Source: Scyliorhinus canicula (Eukaryota). From it: a stretch of DNA of 64,000 nucleotides. The position numbers and the translations under genes are program-made. Below, piece by piece: positions 1 through 28,700 of the stretch. The stretch spans positions 16,961,952 through 17,025,951 of the forward strand of contig NC_052171.1 of the NCBI RefSeq assembly GCF_902713615.1, in the 5' to 3' direction. How positions within the stretch are numbered: position 1 is the stretch's first letter; the number at the start of each line of letters is the position of its first letter. The notes under the pieces were generated by a model that ran no database searches, was not told where the DNA came from, and saw only the letters and a program-made list of their open reading frames with translations.

Positions 1-381
1 CTTCACAAACATGTTGAACACAGCAACCACTCCAAAGCAAAGCTTCCTTTTTAAACTACGGAACCGGTCTCTCGCAAGCAATTTACTGCAAGTCAGTTTT
101 TCCACTAAATGCAGTTCCCAAAGCCCAGCATTAAGGAAGCTGGGTACCTGTATTGAATCACTGAATGTGTGCTCAAAGGTAGCCTGGTTTGTGAGCAATA
201 TGTTCCTTCAATTTGAAAATTTCCCACTGGAAACAAAATGGTTTTCTCTTCCGAATGAACAACAGCTATGACACAGTCAGGAATAAATTAAAAACCTATT
301 ATCTTTTGCCAGGAAACCAAATAGTTATTTACACTGCAATTGTAAGAATGATTACCAATTATTAAATATTCCTTCAATAAT

Positions 382-387
382 TTTATT
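382..387 (-). terminator. Candidate ACTR1B polyadenylation signal AATAAA
   Basis: TTTATT on + at 382-387, about 660 nt past the stop, with U-rich sequence downstream on the minus strand. Confidence 0.55.
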
Positions 388-1042
388 CAGTGCCAGCCTA
401 GATCTGTAGCTATCGTCGAGTGGTCCTCGACAGCCAACTCCTTCCCTCCTCCCCAACAACTGCAAATTAAATGCTTCTTCCTGTGTGTAACATGTTAACC
501 ATTTGTTGCACGCAGCATGTGACATTTGTAGCGCTGTCTAGGACCGCAAAATATTTAGCCGGGCCTTCTCTGCAGGCGGGAATGCCCAGGGACACAGTAC
601 TCTGGTCCCGGCAGCTTTCCATTTCCTGCTCACATTCCCAGCCCAGCTGGACAGGAGAAGACAGCAAACTTCTCACGCCCCTGCGCATTTACGAAGTGGG
701 GAGTCAGGGAGGAAAGGGTTGGAGCGGGGATCAAACACATGACATTACATAATTTCAGTCAGTGAACAAGTGCATTTCGCTTCCTTTGTAAATGGCAAGG
801 TTGAAAGCAATGCCAGCCATTAACCTAAAGTTGCCCCCCCACAGCAGTCAAATCAAATCTCATTCAATATACACAAACCCTGAAGGGGGCAGATAGAGGA
901 AGATTGTTTCGAAAAGTGGTATCAAACCTTTTCTTCTTATACATCGATAAATCTCATATTACTTGTCCATTACTCATTCTGCATGGCTATTTTGTACAGA
1001 CAGGAGACGAGGCTTACACAGCGGTACGTTCACTTCACAACG

Positions 1043-16376
<15,334 letters not shown>

Positions 16377-16761
16377 CGGTGAAACCGGTTTTGATGCTGT
16401 TTCCCCTCTGTCCCCCCCCCGACTTCGACACTGCAATCACTGACAGCCGGCAGCTCCCGCCGCGCCTGCGCAAACCGACCCGCCGCGCCTGCGCACGCCC
16501 CCTCACTACCCCACACTGCGCCTGCCCGGCCCGCGGGTCCCGATTGGCCCAAGCGGCACGACGATTGTCGGACAGCACCGACCAATAGGATCCACGTTCG
16601 GCCGCCTTGCACCAATCCACGACGGGAACGAGCCTGATTGGACGGTCGCTCTGCCCCGGCCCAACCAATCGGTTCGCCGATCCTCCAAGTCGGGCCTTGC
16701 GGAGTCAGGCCCGAAGCCTGGGCCTGGATTTTCGCCGGCGGCCAGACCGGCGTTGGCGAGC
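16377..16761. promoter_or_regulatory. Bidirectional CpG-rich promoter and 5' UTRs shared by ACTR1B and MARCHF5-like
   Basis: 385 bp between divergent ATGs. NRF1-type GCGCCTGCGCA at 16462 and 16485. Five CCAAT/ATTGG boxes at 16543, 16582, 16612, 16637 and 16665. High CpG density. Confidence 0.85.
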
Positions 16762-16796
16762 ATGGCCGTGGGAGGGACCTACTCCGGCATGGAGCG
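16762..16796 (+). CDS. marchf5l: MARCHF5-like exon 1 (MAVGGTYSGME-R)
   Basis: gagcATGg Kozak context, 35 nt, GTGAGT donor; phase 2 joins exon 2 to give R-N-C-W. Confidence 0.85.
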
Positions 16797-19700
16797 GTGA
16801 GTGCGGTCGGAAGGGGAGGCTTCCAGGTTGGGGATGACGTCCGCCCCACCCGGATCCGCGGCAGATCTCATCAGCCAGTAATCCGCCACCGACAGGCCCA
16901 GAAGGCCTGGACCCCCCCTCCCGAATCCCCCCCCCCCCCCCCCCTCCTCCCCCCCCCNNNNNNNNNNNNNNNNNNNNNNNNNNNNNNNNNNNNNNNNNNN
17001 NNNNNNNNNNNNNNNNNNNNNNNNNNNNNNNNNNNNNNNNNNNNNNNNNNNNNNNNNACTCCCCCCCACCCCTCTCACTCCCCCACCCTCATCCTCCACC
17101 CCCCACCCTCATCCTCCTCACGCCCCCACCCTCATCCTCACCCCTGCACCCTCATCCTCACCCCCCCCGCCTCATCCTCCTCACCCCCCCTCATCCTCCT
17201 CACCCCCTCACTGGTTTAGCTCACTCGGCTAAATCGCTGGCTTTTAAAGCAGACCAAGGCAGGCCAGCAGCACGGTTCAATTCCCATACCAGCCTCCCCA
17301 AACAGGTGCCGGAATGTGGCGACTAGGGGCTTTTCACAGTAACTTAATTGAAGCCTACTCGTGACAATAAGCAATTTTCATTTCATTTCATCTCACCCCC
17401 CCTCATCCTCCTCACCCCTTCCATCAAGTGACTAAAGACTGATCGGGCAGTCATTTGAAGGGTTGAATTTGTCCTGCTTTTTGTGTACAGGACACACCCA
17501 GGCAATTATCCACATTGCTGGGTAGATGCCAGAGTTCTGGAGCACAGGTCTTCAGTACTATTGCCAGAATCTATCAGGACCCATAACCCTCGCAATATCT
17601 TGATGTCACGTGGAGAGAATCAACTTGGCTGCAGACTGACATCTGTGACGCTGGTACCTCTGGAGGAGGCCGAGATGGATCATCCACTCGGCACTTCTGG
17701 CTGAACATTTTTGCCAGAATTGGCAACCCTACCCCAATTCCCTTGAAAATGTTGATTTTTATTTGCAATTATTTACACATTTAAGAAGCTATTATGGGTC
17801 GGGCTACTCTGAGTGAGATACAATATTTCCTTGTGTTTGTCAGTATTGTCCTTGATTGCTTTCTGCAGGAATTGTTGGGTTTGCTTTGCTACCGACCTTG
17901 ATGATCGCTCAGCAGAATGGGTAAGCCCGTGTCGATGTAAAGGATCCACAAAATGGATCCACCAGGCATGCCTACAACGGTGGCTGGATGAGAAACAGAA
18001 GGGAAACAGCACAGGCCGGGTGGCATGCCCACAGTGCAACACTGAGTACTTGATAGTCTTCCCAAAGTTAGGTACGTCTGAGAATTTTGTCTTTTCCCCG
18101 TAGGTTGTAAAGTCAGAAAATAGATACCTTCCAATAATATGTATTTATGCACCGTTCTTGTCATGATTTGCCTTTTGATTATGTTTAAAGTAATTCAAAA
18201 CCTCGAGTTTGGCTTCAAGTTTGGTCGATCGTGAATTTGCCTCGCAACAGCAGTAAAACACATTTGCCAAAACACAACACGATGTCCAACAACAGGCAGA
18301 GAGATCTGTCTGGAGACAGCAGTAACCAGGATTCAAAAGGTCCCAATGAGATGTGTCCCTCCCAATAACGAGATTAGAAGACAGTTTAGGTAAGAATCAG
18401 CTGTGTCTGGCTTGTGAAGAGAAAGAGATCACATAAATAATTGGGAATGGTCAATGTGATATTAATGTCCAGAATCAAGGAAGTTGATAGGGGAAGACAG
18501 CCAAATACACGGAGCACATAATCAAGAGGAACAAAGGTATAATTGGCCGGACCCTCAGAAACAAGGGAGGCCAGTTAACACCGAGCAGGCTCAAGAAACG
18601 GATCTGCTAGTTTTCCAGCCACCAAGCCTGAAGGCCACGTTTACATCCAACAGTCCCCAAATCCTAGAGCTAAGTAGTGCAGAAAACCTTCGGGAAGGCA
18701 GTTTATAAGTATCTTCTAAATAAAAGCAAATTACTGCAGATGCTGGAATCTGAAACCAAAGAGAAAATGCTGGAAAATCTCAGCAGGTCTGGCAGCATCT
18801 GGAGGGATAGAAAAGAGCTGACGTTTCGAGTCCAGATGACCCATTGTCAAAGCTTTGACAAAGAGTCACCTGGACTCGAAACGTTAGCTCTTTTCTCTTC
18901 ATACAGATGCTGCCAGAACGGCTGAGATTTTCCAGCATTTTCTTTTTGGTTAGAAGTATCTTCGCTGTACCAGGACAGGACGTTTCCCAGACTTTGAAAA
19001 ATAATTTAGAGTACTCAATTATTTTTCTCCAATTAACCTGCACATAGAACAGTACAGCACAGAACAGGCCCTTCGGCCCTCAATGTTGTGCCGAGCCATG
19101 ATCACCCTACTCAAACCCACGTATCCACCCTATACCCGTAACCCAACAACCCCCCCCCCTTAACCTTACTTTTATTAGGACACTACGGGCAATTTAGCAT
19201 GGCCAATCCACCTAGCCCGCACATCTTTGGACTGTGGGAGGAAACCGGAGCACCCGGAGGAAACCCACGCACACAGGGGGAGGACGTGCAGACTCCACAC
19301 AGACAGTGACCCAGCCGGGAATCGAACCTGGGACCCTGGAGCTGTGAAGCATTTATGCTAACCACCATGCTACCCTGCTGCCCCTCACAATCTTTGGGTT
19401 GTGAGTGTTGTGGGGCTGAAACGCAGGCAGACACGGGGAGAATGCGTAAACTCCACACAGTCAGTGACCCACGGGGCCCAGACGTAATTATTATCCTTGT
19501 ATGGTATGGTAACTATTTGCAAGTTTTACCTTTGTTGATTTATTTACTTTCAATGTTGTCTGGGGAAACAAGAAAGTCTGAAGGAGTTCAAAGATCCAAA
19601 GAATTTGAAAGGAGTTCTACATAAACTGTAGGTGTGGTTAGTAATTCATATAGCTTTGTTGTTATGGAATGGAATAGTCCTGTTCATGTGTATTGGTCTT

Positions 19701-22700
19701 TACTTTCATAGTCTTTAATAATTGTTACACGATGACTGGGCAGCTTATTCTCACTGGGGTTCACTTGAATCCTCACAGCAAAACAAAACTACACACCCCC
19801 ACCAACTGGTGTTCCAAGTTGGGATATCCTTCAGATAGCATTAACGTGCTTCGTGACAGATCTAAACTAACACACTGGTGCCCTACTGAAGTTAGCCGAC
19901 CGTTACGGGCAACCACATTAAATAGATGGATTGTACTTATTTCAGTGATTCGACAGCAGCTGACATAACCTGCTCTTTTTTTTTTAATGGACAAAAACGT
20001 CCCTAGACTCTTCATGGTGAACTGGACACTGAGCCAAAGGAAGAAATATTAATAGCAGTGATCTTGGTTTCAGAGCTGGGTGTTAATGCAAGCATTGAAG
20101 CTGGAGAGGCAGAGTGGTTCAGGGAGGGCTTCCAGTGTGGGAATGAATGAGTTTGGCACTGAGACTCTGGAATTGTGAGTCTTGTTTTCACCGTGTTAAA
20201 TGTTGAGGAAAAAGATATGTTGAGGTTTGCAAGATTGAGACACGCGAGGTACCAGGTTGTGTCAATGAACTAGAGATGCCAAAAAGACCAAGAGAGAATG
20301 GCCGGCCATTCTGTCCAAGCTCTGGGAGAGGTTTAAGCCTCCTAAAGAAGTTTTTAGAATCAGCACGACCAGCGATGCTTTCAAAGCAACAATGATATAT
20401 GTCGAAAGAGAAACGAGTGTGGTGTGGGTTTGCCATGTGCGTTTCTGAAAGTTCTTTCTGATGTTTGTTTTATGCATCTTTTCTTCAGGTCCAGTTGTGT
20501 ACTCCTTGCATCAGGTTGACCGCATTCTGTCCAAAGCCAGCCCCTTTGCAGCAGCCAGCATCGTGGTCGGCACAGTATACTGGTCAGCAGTGACATACGG
20601 AGCAGTGACAGTAATGCAGGTTGGCATCATACCCCCTCGACCTAGCGTTCTATCAAATGTATCACTCCTTGTTCTCTGGAGCCAAGAATTAGCTTACCAT
20701 CCACTTCAAATCAGTAAATGTTAAGAGCTGGCCTTTCCCACATGGAAGCCTTGTTCCCCGATAGGTCAGTTGGTAAGTGTGCTGATTGTGTGGATGAGGA
20801 GGTCCCTATTGTGTTCTCTGATTGCAGTTGGCAATTGCGGTTCATCTCAATGTCTCTAGGTTGAGGAACAATCTGCAGTGACAATTGCAGTTGGATGGGA
20901 ATGGGATGGATCTTCGGATTGTGATGCCAAAGGGCAGCACGGTGGCGCAGTGGGTTAGCACTGCTGCCTCACGCCGCCGAGGTCCCAGATTCGATCCTGG
21001 CTCTGGGTCACTGTCCGTGTGGAGTTTGCACATTCAACCCGTGTTTGCGTGGGTTTCACCCCACAACCCAAAGATATGCAGGCTAGGTGGATTGGCCACG
21101 CTAAATTGCTCCTTAATTGGGAAAAAATGAATTGGGTACTCTAAATTTATAAAAAAAAAGCTTGTGATGTCAGTGTTATTGGTTAAGGTTTTGCAGCACC
21201 GGGTCCATGTCCCATTTGAATACATAGTTTGCATGTCCTGTAATTGGACAGTGTCCTTTCAGCAGGTTGCCATGATCAATGGCCACGGTGATAAGGTGGG
21301 AGCATCGGGCCTGGAGAGAGTGCTCTTTTGGAGAGTTGGTGCAGACTCGATGGGCCAAATGGCCTCCTTCTGCACTGTCGGGATTCTATGTAGGTAAGGT
21401 GAGAGTTCGAGGTAGGAAGAATCAAGGCCACAAAGGAAGTGAAATAGAAGAACGGGAAATTTTAAAACAGGTTGCTGGAGAGAATGGAATCGATGGATGT
21501 GGTGGTGGACTTGGGTAAGGAAAGATGGCTTAAACACCATTATGGGGTTGGGCTAAATGATTTGTTTCTGTGCTGCACATCTAATGTAATCCGATTTGAA
21601 ACAGGGAGTGCAGAAGACTATTCAGTAACTTGGCTCTGTCTTGAATTCTCTGCAGGTTGTTGGGCACAAGAAAGGTCTGGACCTCATGGAACGAGCAGAC
21701 CCACTCTTCCTACTCATGGGGTTGCCCACCATTCCAGTGATGCTTATTCTGGCCAAGATGATCCGGTGGGAGGACTTTGTGCTTCGCATGTGGCGCAGGT
21801 ACTCCAGCAAGCTGCAGGTTCTCAGCAACATATTTCCAGGTGAGACCCCAGCCCCTTCCCATGTCACACTGCCCACAATAAGCCGTCACCAAGGACTGCA
21901 TAGCGAAAGATTTCAGCTTCTCCTTTCTTATGATCCATCCATAGATACATAAGCCTGTTGCCGTCCCGAAGCCGGGTTTTGACCTTTCCAAGTCAGATTG
22001 CCAAATCTCTTCCTCCTTTTTTATATATCTCTACTGCCTTGCCCTCTCTGTCACTGTAACCTCCAACTCATTCCATCATTGATGGATGTGTCTTGAGCTG
22101 TCAGGGCCCTATCATTACCTCTCTGTACCTTGTTTCCCTCTTGAAGAGGCTCCATAAAAATCAACATATTTTGTCAATCTACTTTCATATCTGCTGAAGT
22201 GGCTTTATGTCAAATGAAGTGGCTTGTACTTTTTTTTTATCTTGGTGGTGCTATATACATATAGATTTTTGTTGTCTTGTGTTGTTGATCTGTCTTCTCT
22301 CACTGTCTTGGTTTTTCACCCACACTTCCAATCTTGCAAACACTGTCTCTCACCTTCTCTATTTGTTAATGGCAATTGAAACTGCCTCAATTTTCTAACC
22401 ATTGACTGTGAATCCACCTTCTGCTGACAGCATTCATTTTTTGTCTTGCCAAAGCACTGAAGCTCAAGGTGTCAGCTTGGCCTGGAAATGCTAGATCAGT
22501 AAACACCACAAAGGAGCGGTCAGATTTAATACTGAGTTATTTCAAATTACATTACGAACCAAGCCATACAACCACCCCCTCGAACGTACAGTGTGGGTGG
22601 GTGTGTGTTTGCATCTCCTGCATTTTTGTGCACCATTCAGACTGTGTTAAGGCAGCATAGTGGCTAGCACCGGTGCTTCTCAGTTCCAGGGACCCGGATT

Positions 22701-25700
22701 CGATTCCCGGCTTGGGTCACTGTCTGTGGTGTCTGCACGCTTCCCCCGTGTCTGCGTGGGTTTCCTCCGGGTGCTCCGGTTTCCTCCCACAAGACCCGAA
22801 AGACGTGCTTGTTAGGTGAATTGGACATTCTGAATTCTCCCTCAGTGTACCTAAACAGGTGCCGGAATGTGGCGACTGGGGGATTTTCACAGTAACTTCA
22901 TTGCAGTGTTAATGTAAGTCTACTTGTGACCTACTTACTTAAGCCTACTTACAGTACCCAATTCATTTTTTCCAGTTAACGGGCAATTTAGCGTGGCCAA
23001 TCCACCGAGCCTGCACATCTTTTGGGTTGTGGGGGCGCAACCCACGCAAACATGGGGAGAATGTGTGAGGTAGCAGTGCTAACCACTGTGCCACCATGCT
23101 GCCTGGATTTGTGACACTAATAAAGATGATTATTATTCCATTGTACAGGTTTTGGATGCCCTGTTCCCCGTGTACCAGCTGAGACCAGCTATCAGACTGA
23201 TCACATGTCCGTATCCCGCATTCTGTGTGGTGCACTCATCTTTCCCACAATCTCCAGCATGGTGGGCAAGCTCATATTCAGCGGTGTCAACTCCAACCTG
23301 CAGCGGACCATCTTGGTGAGTACGTCTGCACATTGCCTCTGATTTATTTTCCCCCTTCCTCTCCCGGAGACACTGGCTCACGCTGAGCACAGCTACTGTG
23401 CATCATTCTGCGATCATCAGCAAACATCCCCACTTGTGACCTGATGATGGACAGCAGGCCATTGACGAAGAAGCTAAGGATAGTTTGGCCTGAAGGAATT
23501 TCTGCTACCGTCTTGGGATGATTGAGATCCGACAACCACAACCAGTCTGTGCAAATGCAGCTATATCTGGACAACGTTCAAGCTTTGGCTGATAAGTAGC
23601 ACACAGGGAATGACCATCTCCAACAAGAGAGAATAGAACCATCTCCGCATGATATTCAGAGGCATTACCATCGCTGAATCGCCCAACATCCTGGGGGGGG
23701 GGGGGGGGGGGGGGGGGTTCCATTGATCAGGCATATCAATATTGTGGCCACAAGAGCAAGTCAGAGTCTAGGAATCCTGCGGCATGTTACTCATTTCCTG
23801 ACTCCCGAAGCCTATCTACCGTCTACAAGGCAGGAGTGTGATGGAACACTCTTCACTTGCCTGGATGAGGGCAGCTCTAACAATACTCAAGAAGCTCAAC
23901 ACTATCCAGGACAAAGCAGCCCACTGGGTTGGCATCCCATCCACCATCTTAAACATTCACTCCCTCCACCACTGATGCACAGTGGTGTTAGTATCTGTTT
24001 ATGGATCTTAGTTGTATCAGGTAATATGGTTAACAGATTACTGAATTATACTCAAATGTGTACATAGAGAAGGCTCATCCAGCGCTGGGTAGAGGGAGTA
24101 AGCTCTACAATAAACAGTCTGGCTCAAAAGTATCCTCGTCTCGGTGTCTTCTTCCTATCTCAGCTTGGGAATTTTTCTTACAAGTAGCAGCGGTCTGGAC
24201 AATCCACAAGAGGCACTGCAGCAACTCACCAAAGCACAGCATCTTCCAAACCCGCTTCCGTTTTACCATCGGGAAGGACAAGGGCAGAGAAATGCTTGGG
24301 AACACCGCCACCTGCAAGTTCCCCTCCAAGCCGCACACCATCCTGACTTGGAAATACTTCGCTGTTCCTTCACTGTCGCTGGATCAGAATCCTGGAACTC
24401 TCTCCCTCAGAGCACTGTGGGTGGATCTGCACAATGCGGTCTGTCGAGGTTCAAGAAGGCGATTCACCACTACTTTCCCGACAACAATTACGAATGGGCA
24501 ATAAATGCTGGCCTAGCCGGCGACACCCACATCCCTTAAATAAATCAATTTGCAAAACAATCACCCGTGGCATCAACCTGAGGCCTCATAGACACATAGA
24601 AGATAGGAGCAGGAGGAGGCCTTTTGGCCCTTCGAGCCTGCTCCATCATTCATCACGATCATGGCTGATCATCCAACTCAATAGCTTAATCCTGCTTTCT
24701 CCCCATAGCCTTTGATCCCATTCTCCCCAAGTGCTATATCTAGCCACCTCTTGAATATATTTCCTCTCCGCCAACCAGTTTTCTATCCTCCACAATACAT
24801 TTCCCCCAATCCCATGCGCTTTAATTTTGCACAATAATTTCTTATGCGGGACTTTGTCAAATGCCTTCTGAAAGTCCAAATATACCACATCGACTGGCTC
24901 CCCCTTGGCGACTGTACTGGTTACATCTTCAAAGAATTCCAACAGATTTGTCAAGCATGATTTTCCCTTCACAAATCCATGCTGACTTTGACTGATCCTG
25001 CCACTGCTTTCTAAATGTTCCGCTATAAAGTCCTTGATAATGGATTCAAGCATTTTCCCCACTACCGATGTTCGGCTTACTGGTCTATAATTCCCGGCTT
25101 TCTCTCTACCTCCCTTTTTGAATATAGGAGTGACGTGAGTTCCCCTCCAATCTGCAGGGACAGTTCCAGAGTCTATAGAATCCCGGAAGATGACCACCAA
25201 TGCATCCACTATTTCCAGAGCCACCTCCTTAAGCATTCTGGGATGCAGATTCTCAGGCCCTGGGGATTTATCCACCTTCAATCCCATCAGTTTTCCCAGC
25301 ACCATTTCTCTACTAATGTTGATCTCCCCTCTCACTGAACCTTTCATTCTCCAACATTTCTGGGATCTGATTTGTGTCCTCATTTGTGAAGACAGAACCA
25401 AAGTATGTATTCAATTGCTCAGCCATTTCTTTGTCCCTTATTATGCATTCCCCTGTTTCTGTCTGGAGTCGGCCTACATTTCTCTTCACCAATCTCTTTC
25501 TCTTCACAGATCTGTAGAAACTCTTAGTGTCAGTCTTTATGTTCCCTGCAAGCTTTCTTTCGTACTGTACTTTCCCATTCTTAATCAATCCCTTCGACCT
25601 TCTTTGCTGAATTCTAAACTGCTCCCAATCCTCAGACCTCTTATTTTTCTTGGCCAATCTGTTTGCTTCTTCCTTGTATCGGATACTATTTCTAATTTCC

Positions 25701-28700
25701 TTTGTAAGCCATGGATTGGCCCGCTGATCCCCTTTGCTTTTGTGCCAGACAGGAATGAACAGTTGCTGTAGTTCCTCCATGCGTTCCTTGAATGTTTGCC
25801 ATTGTCTATCCACTGTCATCCCTTTAAGTTACTCTCCCCAATCTATCAAGGCCAACTCACGCCTCATATCCTCATAGTTCCCTTTGTTAAGGTTCAGCAC
25901 CCAAGTCTCCGAATCAACTACTTCACTCTCCATCTTGATAAAAAATTCTACCATGTTATGGTCGCTCGTCCCAAAGGGGTCTCGTACAGCCAGATTGGCA
26001 ATGACCCCCTTCTCATTACACAGTACCCAGTCTAAGATGGCCAGCTCTCTAGTTGGTTCCTCCACATATTGGTCAAGAAAACCATCCCGTATACATTCCA
26101 GGAATTCCTCCTCTACGCATTGTGGCTAATTTGATTTGCCCAATCTATGTGAAAATTAAAATCACCCAAGGGCAGCACGGTGGCACAGTGGTTAGCATTA
26201 CTGCCTACGGCGCTGAGGACCTGGGTTCGAATCCCGGCCCTGGGTCACTGTCCGTGTGGAGTTTGCACATTCTCCCCGTGTTTGCGTGGGTTTCATCCCC
26301 ACAACCCAAAGATGTGCAGGGTAGGTGGATTGGCCACGCTAAATTGCCCCTTAATTGGAAAAAAATAATTGGGTACTCTAAATTTATAAAAAACAAAAAG
26401 TTTGTCTTTTTCACAATGCTTGTCTTTGCTCCCAATATTTTTCTCTCCTGCCCTGTTTGAATTTTGTCCTTGGTTTCTCCACCTATCACTTTTCTACCTT
26501 TTGCTTTTGTCCATGCTCCCTCTTTCTCTGACTCCTTGCATAGGTTCCCTCTCCCTGGCATATTAGGGGCTGGTTTAGCTCACCAGGCTAAATCGCTGGC
26601 TTTTAAAGCAGACCAAGCAGGCCAGCAGCACGGTTCGATTCCCGTACCAGCCTCCCCGGACAGGTGCCGGAATGTGGCGACTAGGGGCTTTTCACAGTAA
26701 CTTCATTGAAGCCTACTCGTGACAATAAGCGATTTTCATTTCATTTCATTTCATTATTAGTTTAAACTCTCCCTAACCGTTCTAGCAAATAGCTCCCCTA
26801 GGACATCAGTTCCAGTCCTGCCCAGGTGTAACCCGTCCAGTTTGTACAGGTCCCACCTCTCCCAGAACCGGTCCCAATGCCCCAGGAATCTGAAACCCTC
26901 CCCCTGACATCATCTCTTCAGCCACATATTCATCCTATATATCCTGTCATTTCTATTCTGACTAGCACATGGCACCAGTAGTAATCCTGAGATCATTACC
27001 TTTGAGGTCTGATTTCTTAACTTCCTTCCTAGCTCCCTGTATTCTGGACCTCATCTCTTTTTTTAAACCTATGTTGTTTGTACCGATGTGTACCACGACC
27101 ACTGGCTGTTCACCCTCCCCCTCCAGAATGTCCTTTATCCGCTCCAAGACATCCTTGACCCTCGGCACCAGGGAGTTAACATACCATCCTGGAGTCTCGT
27201 TTGCGGCCACAGAAACGCCTGTCTAGCCCCTTACAATTGAATCTCCTATAACTATTGCACTATCACACTCATTACCCCTCCCCTCTGCAGCAGAGTTTGC
27301 CACGAGTTTGCCTCAACTGAAGCTGATAAGACTTTGCAATTGTAAAGTGTGATTGGACTTGCGTTGGTCGCATCCTTCCAGTTGGTGTGAATCATCCAAG
27401 CCCAATGTGGGCATGTTATCAAAGCGAGCTGCAGAAACCTGTTCAGGTTAAAACCTGAGACCGTGGCTTCAACTGAATTTCCCGCTGTAGCGATCGCGTA
27501 GTGTTTACTGGAAGGAGAGCACATGATTCTCTCAATTGCTGTCCAATATTCCTTCCAGGACGGACGCCACCAGAAGCAGATGAGCTGCCCATTCACCTTT
27601 CTTGCTTCTGCTTTTGCTGACAAAGCAATACATTCCCCGTGAATGTTCTTCTTATTGATCCTGAAGAATGCGAAACGGAGCCAAATGAATGCAATGATTG
27701 TGGATTGCACGTTGACGAAAAAAAGTTGAATGTTTGAAGTTTAAAGAAAGAAACATCAGGCCCATGAAGAAAGCTGTAACCATTGCAGGAATCCACTGGT
27801 TAGCCTCAATTGTTGTCCAGTTCTCACCACCCCACTTGAGGAAGGATGTGAGGGGGTGCAGGAAAGGTTCACTGAAATGTTTCCAGGGTGAGACATCAAA
27901 GGGTAGCTTGAGCACTTTCAAATTCTTCCAATGGGTTATGGGTTTTGCTGGCAAGAACAGCATTTATTGCCAGTCCCTAATTGCCCTCCAACTGAGTGGT
28001 TTGCTAGGCCACTTGAGGCAGTTAAAAGTCAACCACGTTATTGTGGATCTGGAATGACATGTCGGGAAGGGTGACACATTTCCTTCCCCAAAGGATATTT
28101 GTGAAGCAGATGGCTTTTCAAGACCATTGTTTCACAGTAGCCAGATTGTTCATTGAATGTAAATTCCACCAGCTCCGTGGTGGGATTTGAACCCATGTCC
28201 CCAGAGGATTAGCCTGCTCCTCTGCATTACTGGCCCAGTGACATTACCACACAATCACATTCTTGAGGTGTGACTTCAACTTTTAAAACGAGGACACTTC
28301 AAACCAGCAATGATGCTGAAGATCACAATCCACTTATCCCTGCTGAAAGGTGTTCTCAAATTTCACAGCCAGCTTGGACTGTGATGTGGTCTTTGGTTAA
28401 CTCGGCTGTCCATCCTCCTGATTCAGACAAGTACCAGAAACTGGGGAGAACAAGTGGTCGCTGGAGCAGCTGAGCCATTCTATTACAAGAGTTTGTGACT
28501 AAGAATCAAGCTATGCCAGCAGTGTGCCTCAAATGCCTCGGAAGTCAGACTGGGAAGGCATCCAGGCAGTGCGTCAGCACCTAAAATTTCCTTCAAGCTG
28601 TAGCCCAGCACGTGGAAATGGAAACTGAATCCCTACTTTATTGGCTCATTCAGATCTCAACCTGAGAGTACAAAGGTTAGGCTTATGACCAGAAGCATAA

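Larger units (their letters stand above)
18719..18951. mobile_element. Palindromic Penelope-derived element (inverted pLTR) with two hammerhead-like motifs
   Basis: Inverted repeat 18754-18951 centred on AGCT 18851-18854; related single-arm copies at about 3960-4110 and 59150-59400. Confidence 0.7.
24587..27300 (-). mobile_element. Internally deleted CR1 LINE (ORF1 esterase, APE and RT fragments, 3' tail) with nested SINEs
   Basis: PVVVVHIGTNNIG (SGNH-type ORF1), ILDWVLCN..SDHNMVEF (APE), KSPGP..NYRPVS..QHGF..YLDFQKAFDKVPH (RT). Confidence 0.88.

Noticed and set aside
24646-25819. RT ORFs as an active LINE or host gene
   Set aside because: Frameshifted, internally deleted before the catalytic motif, and interrupted by SINEs.
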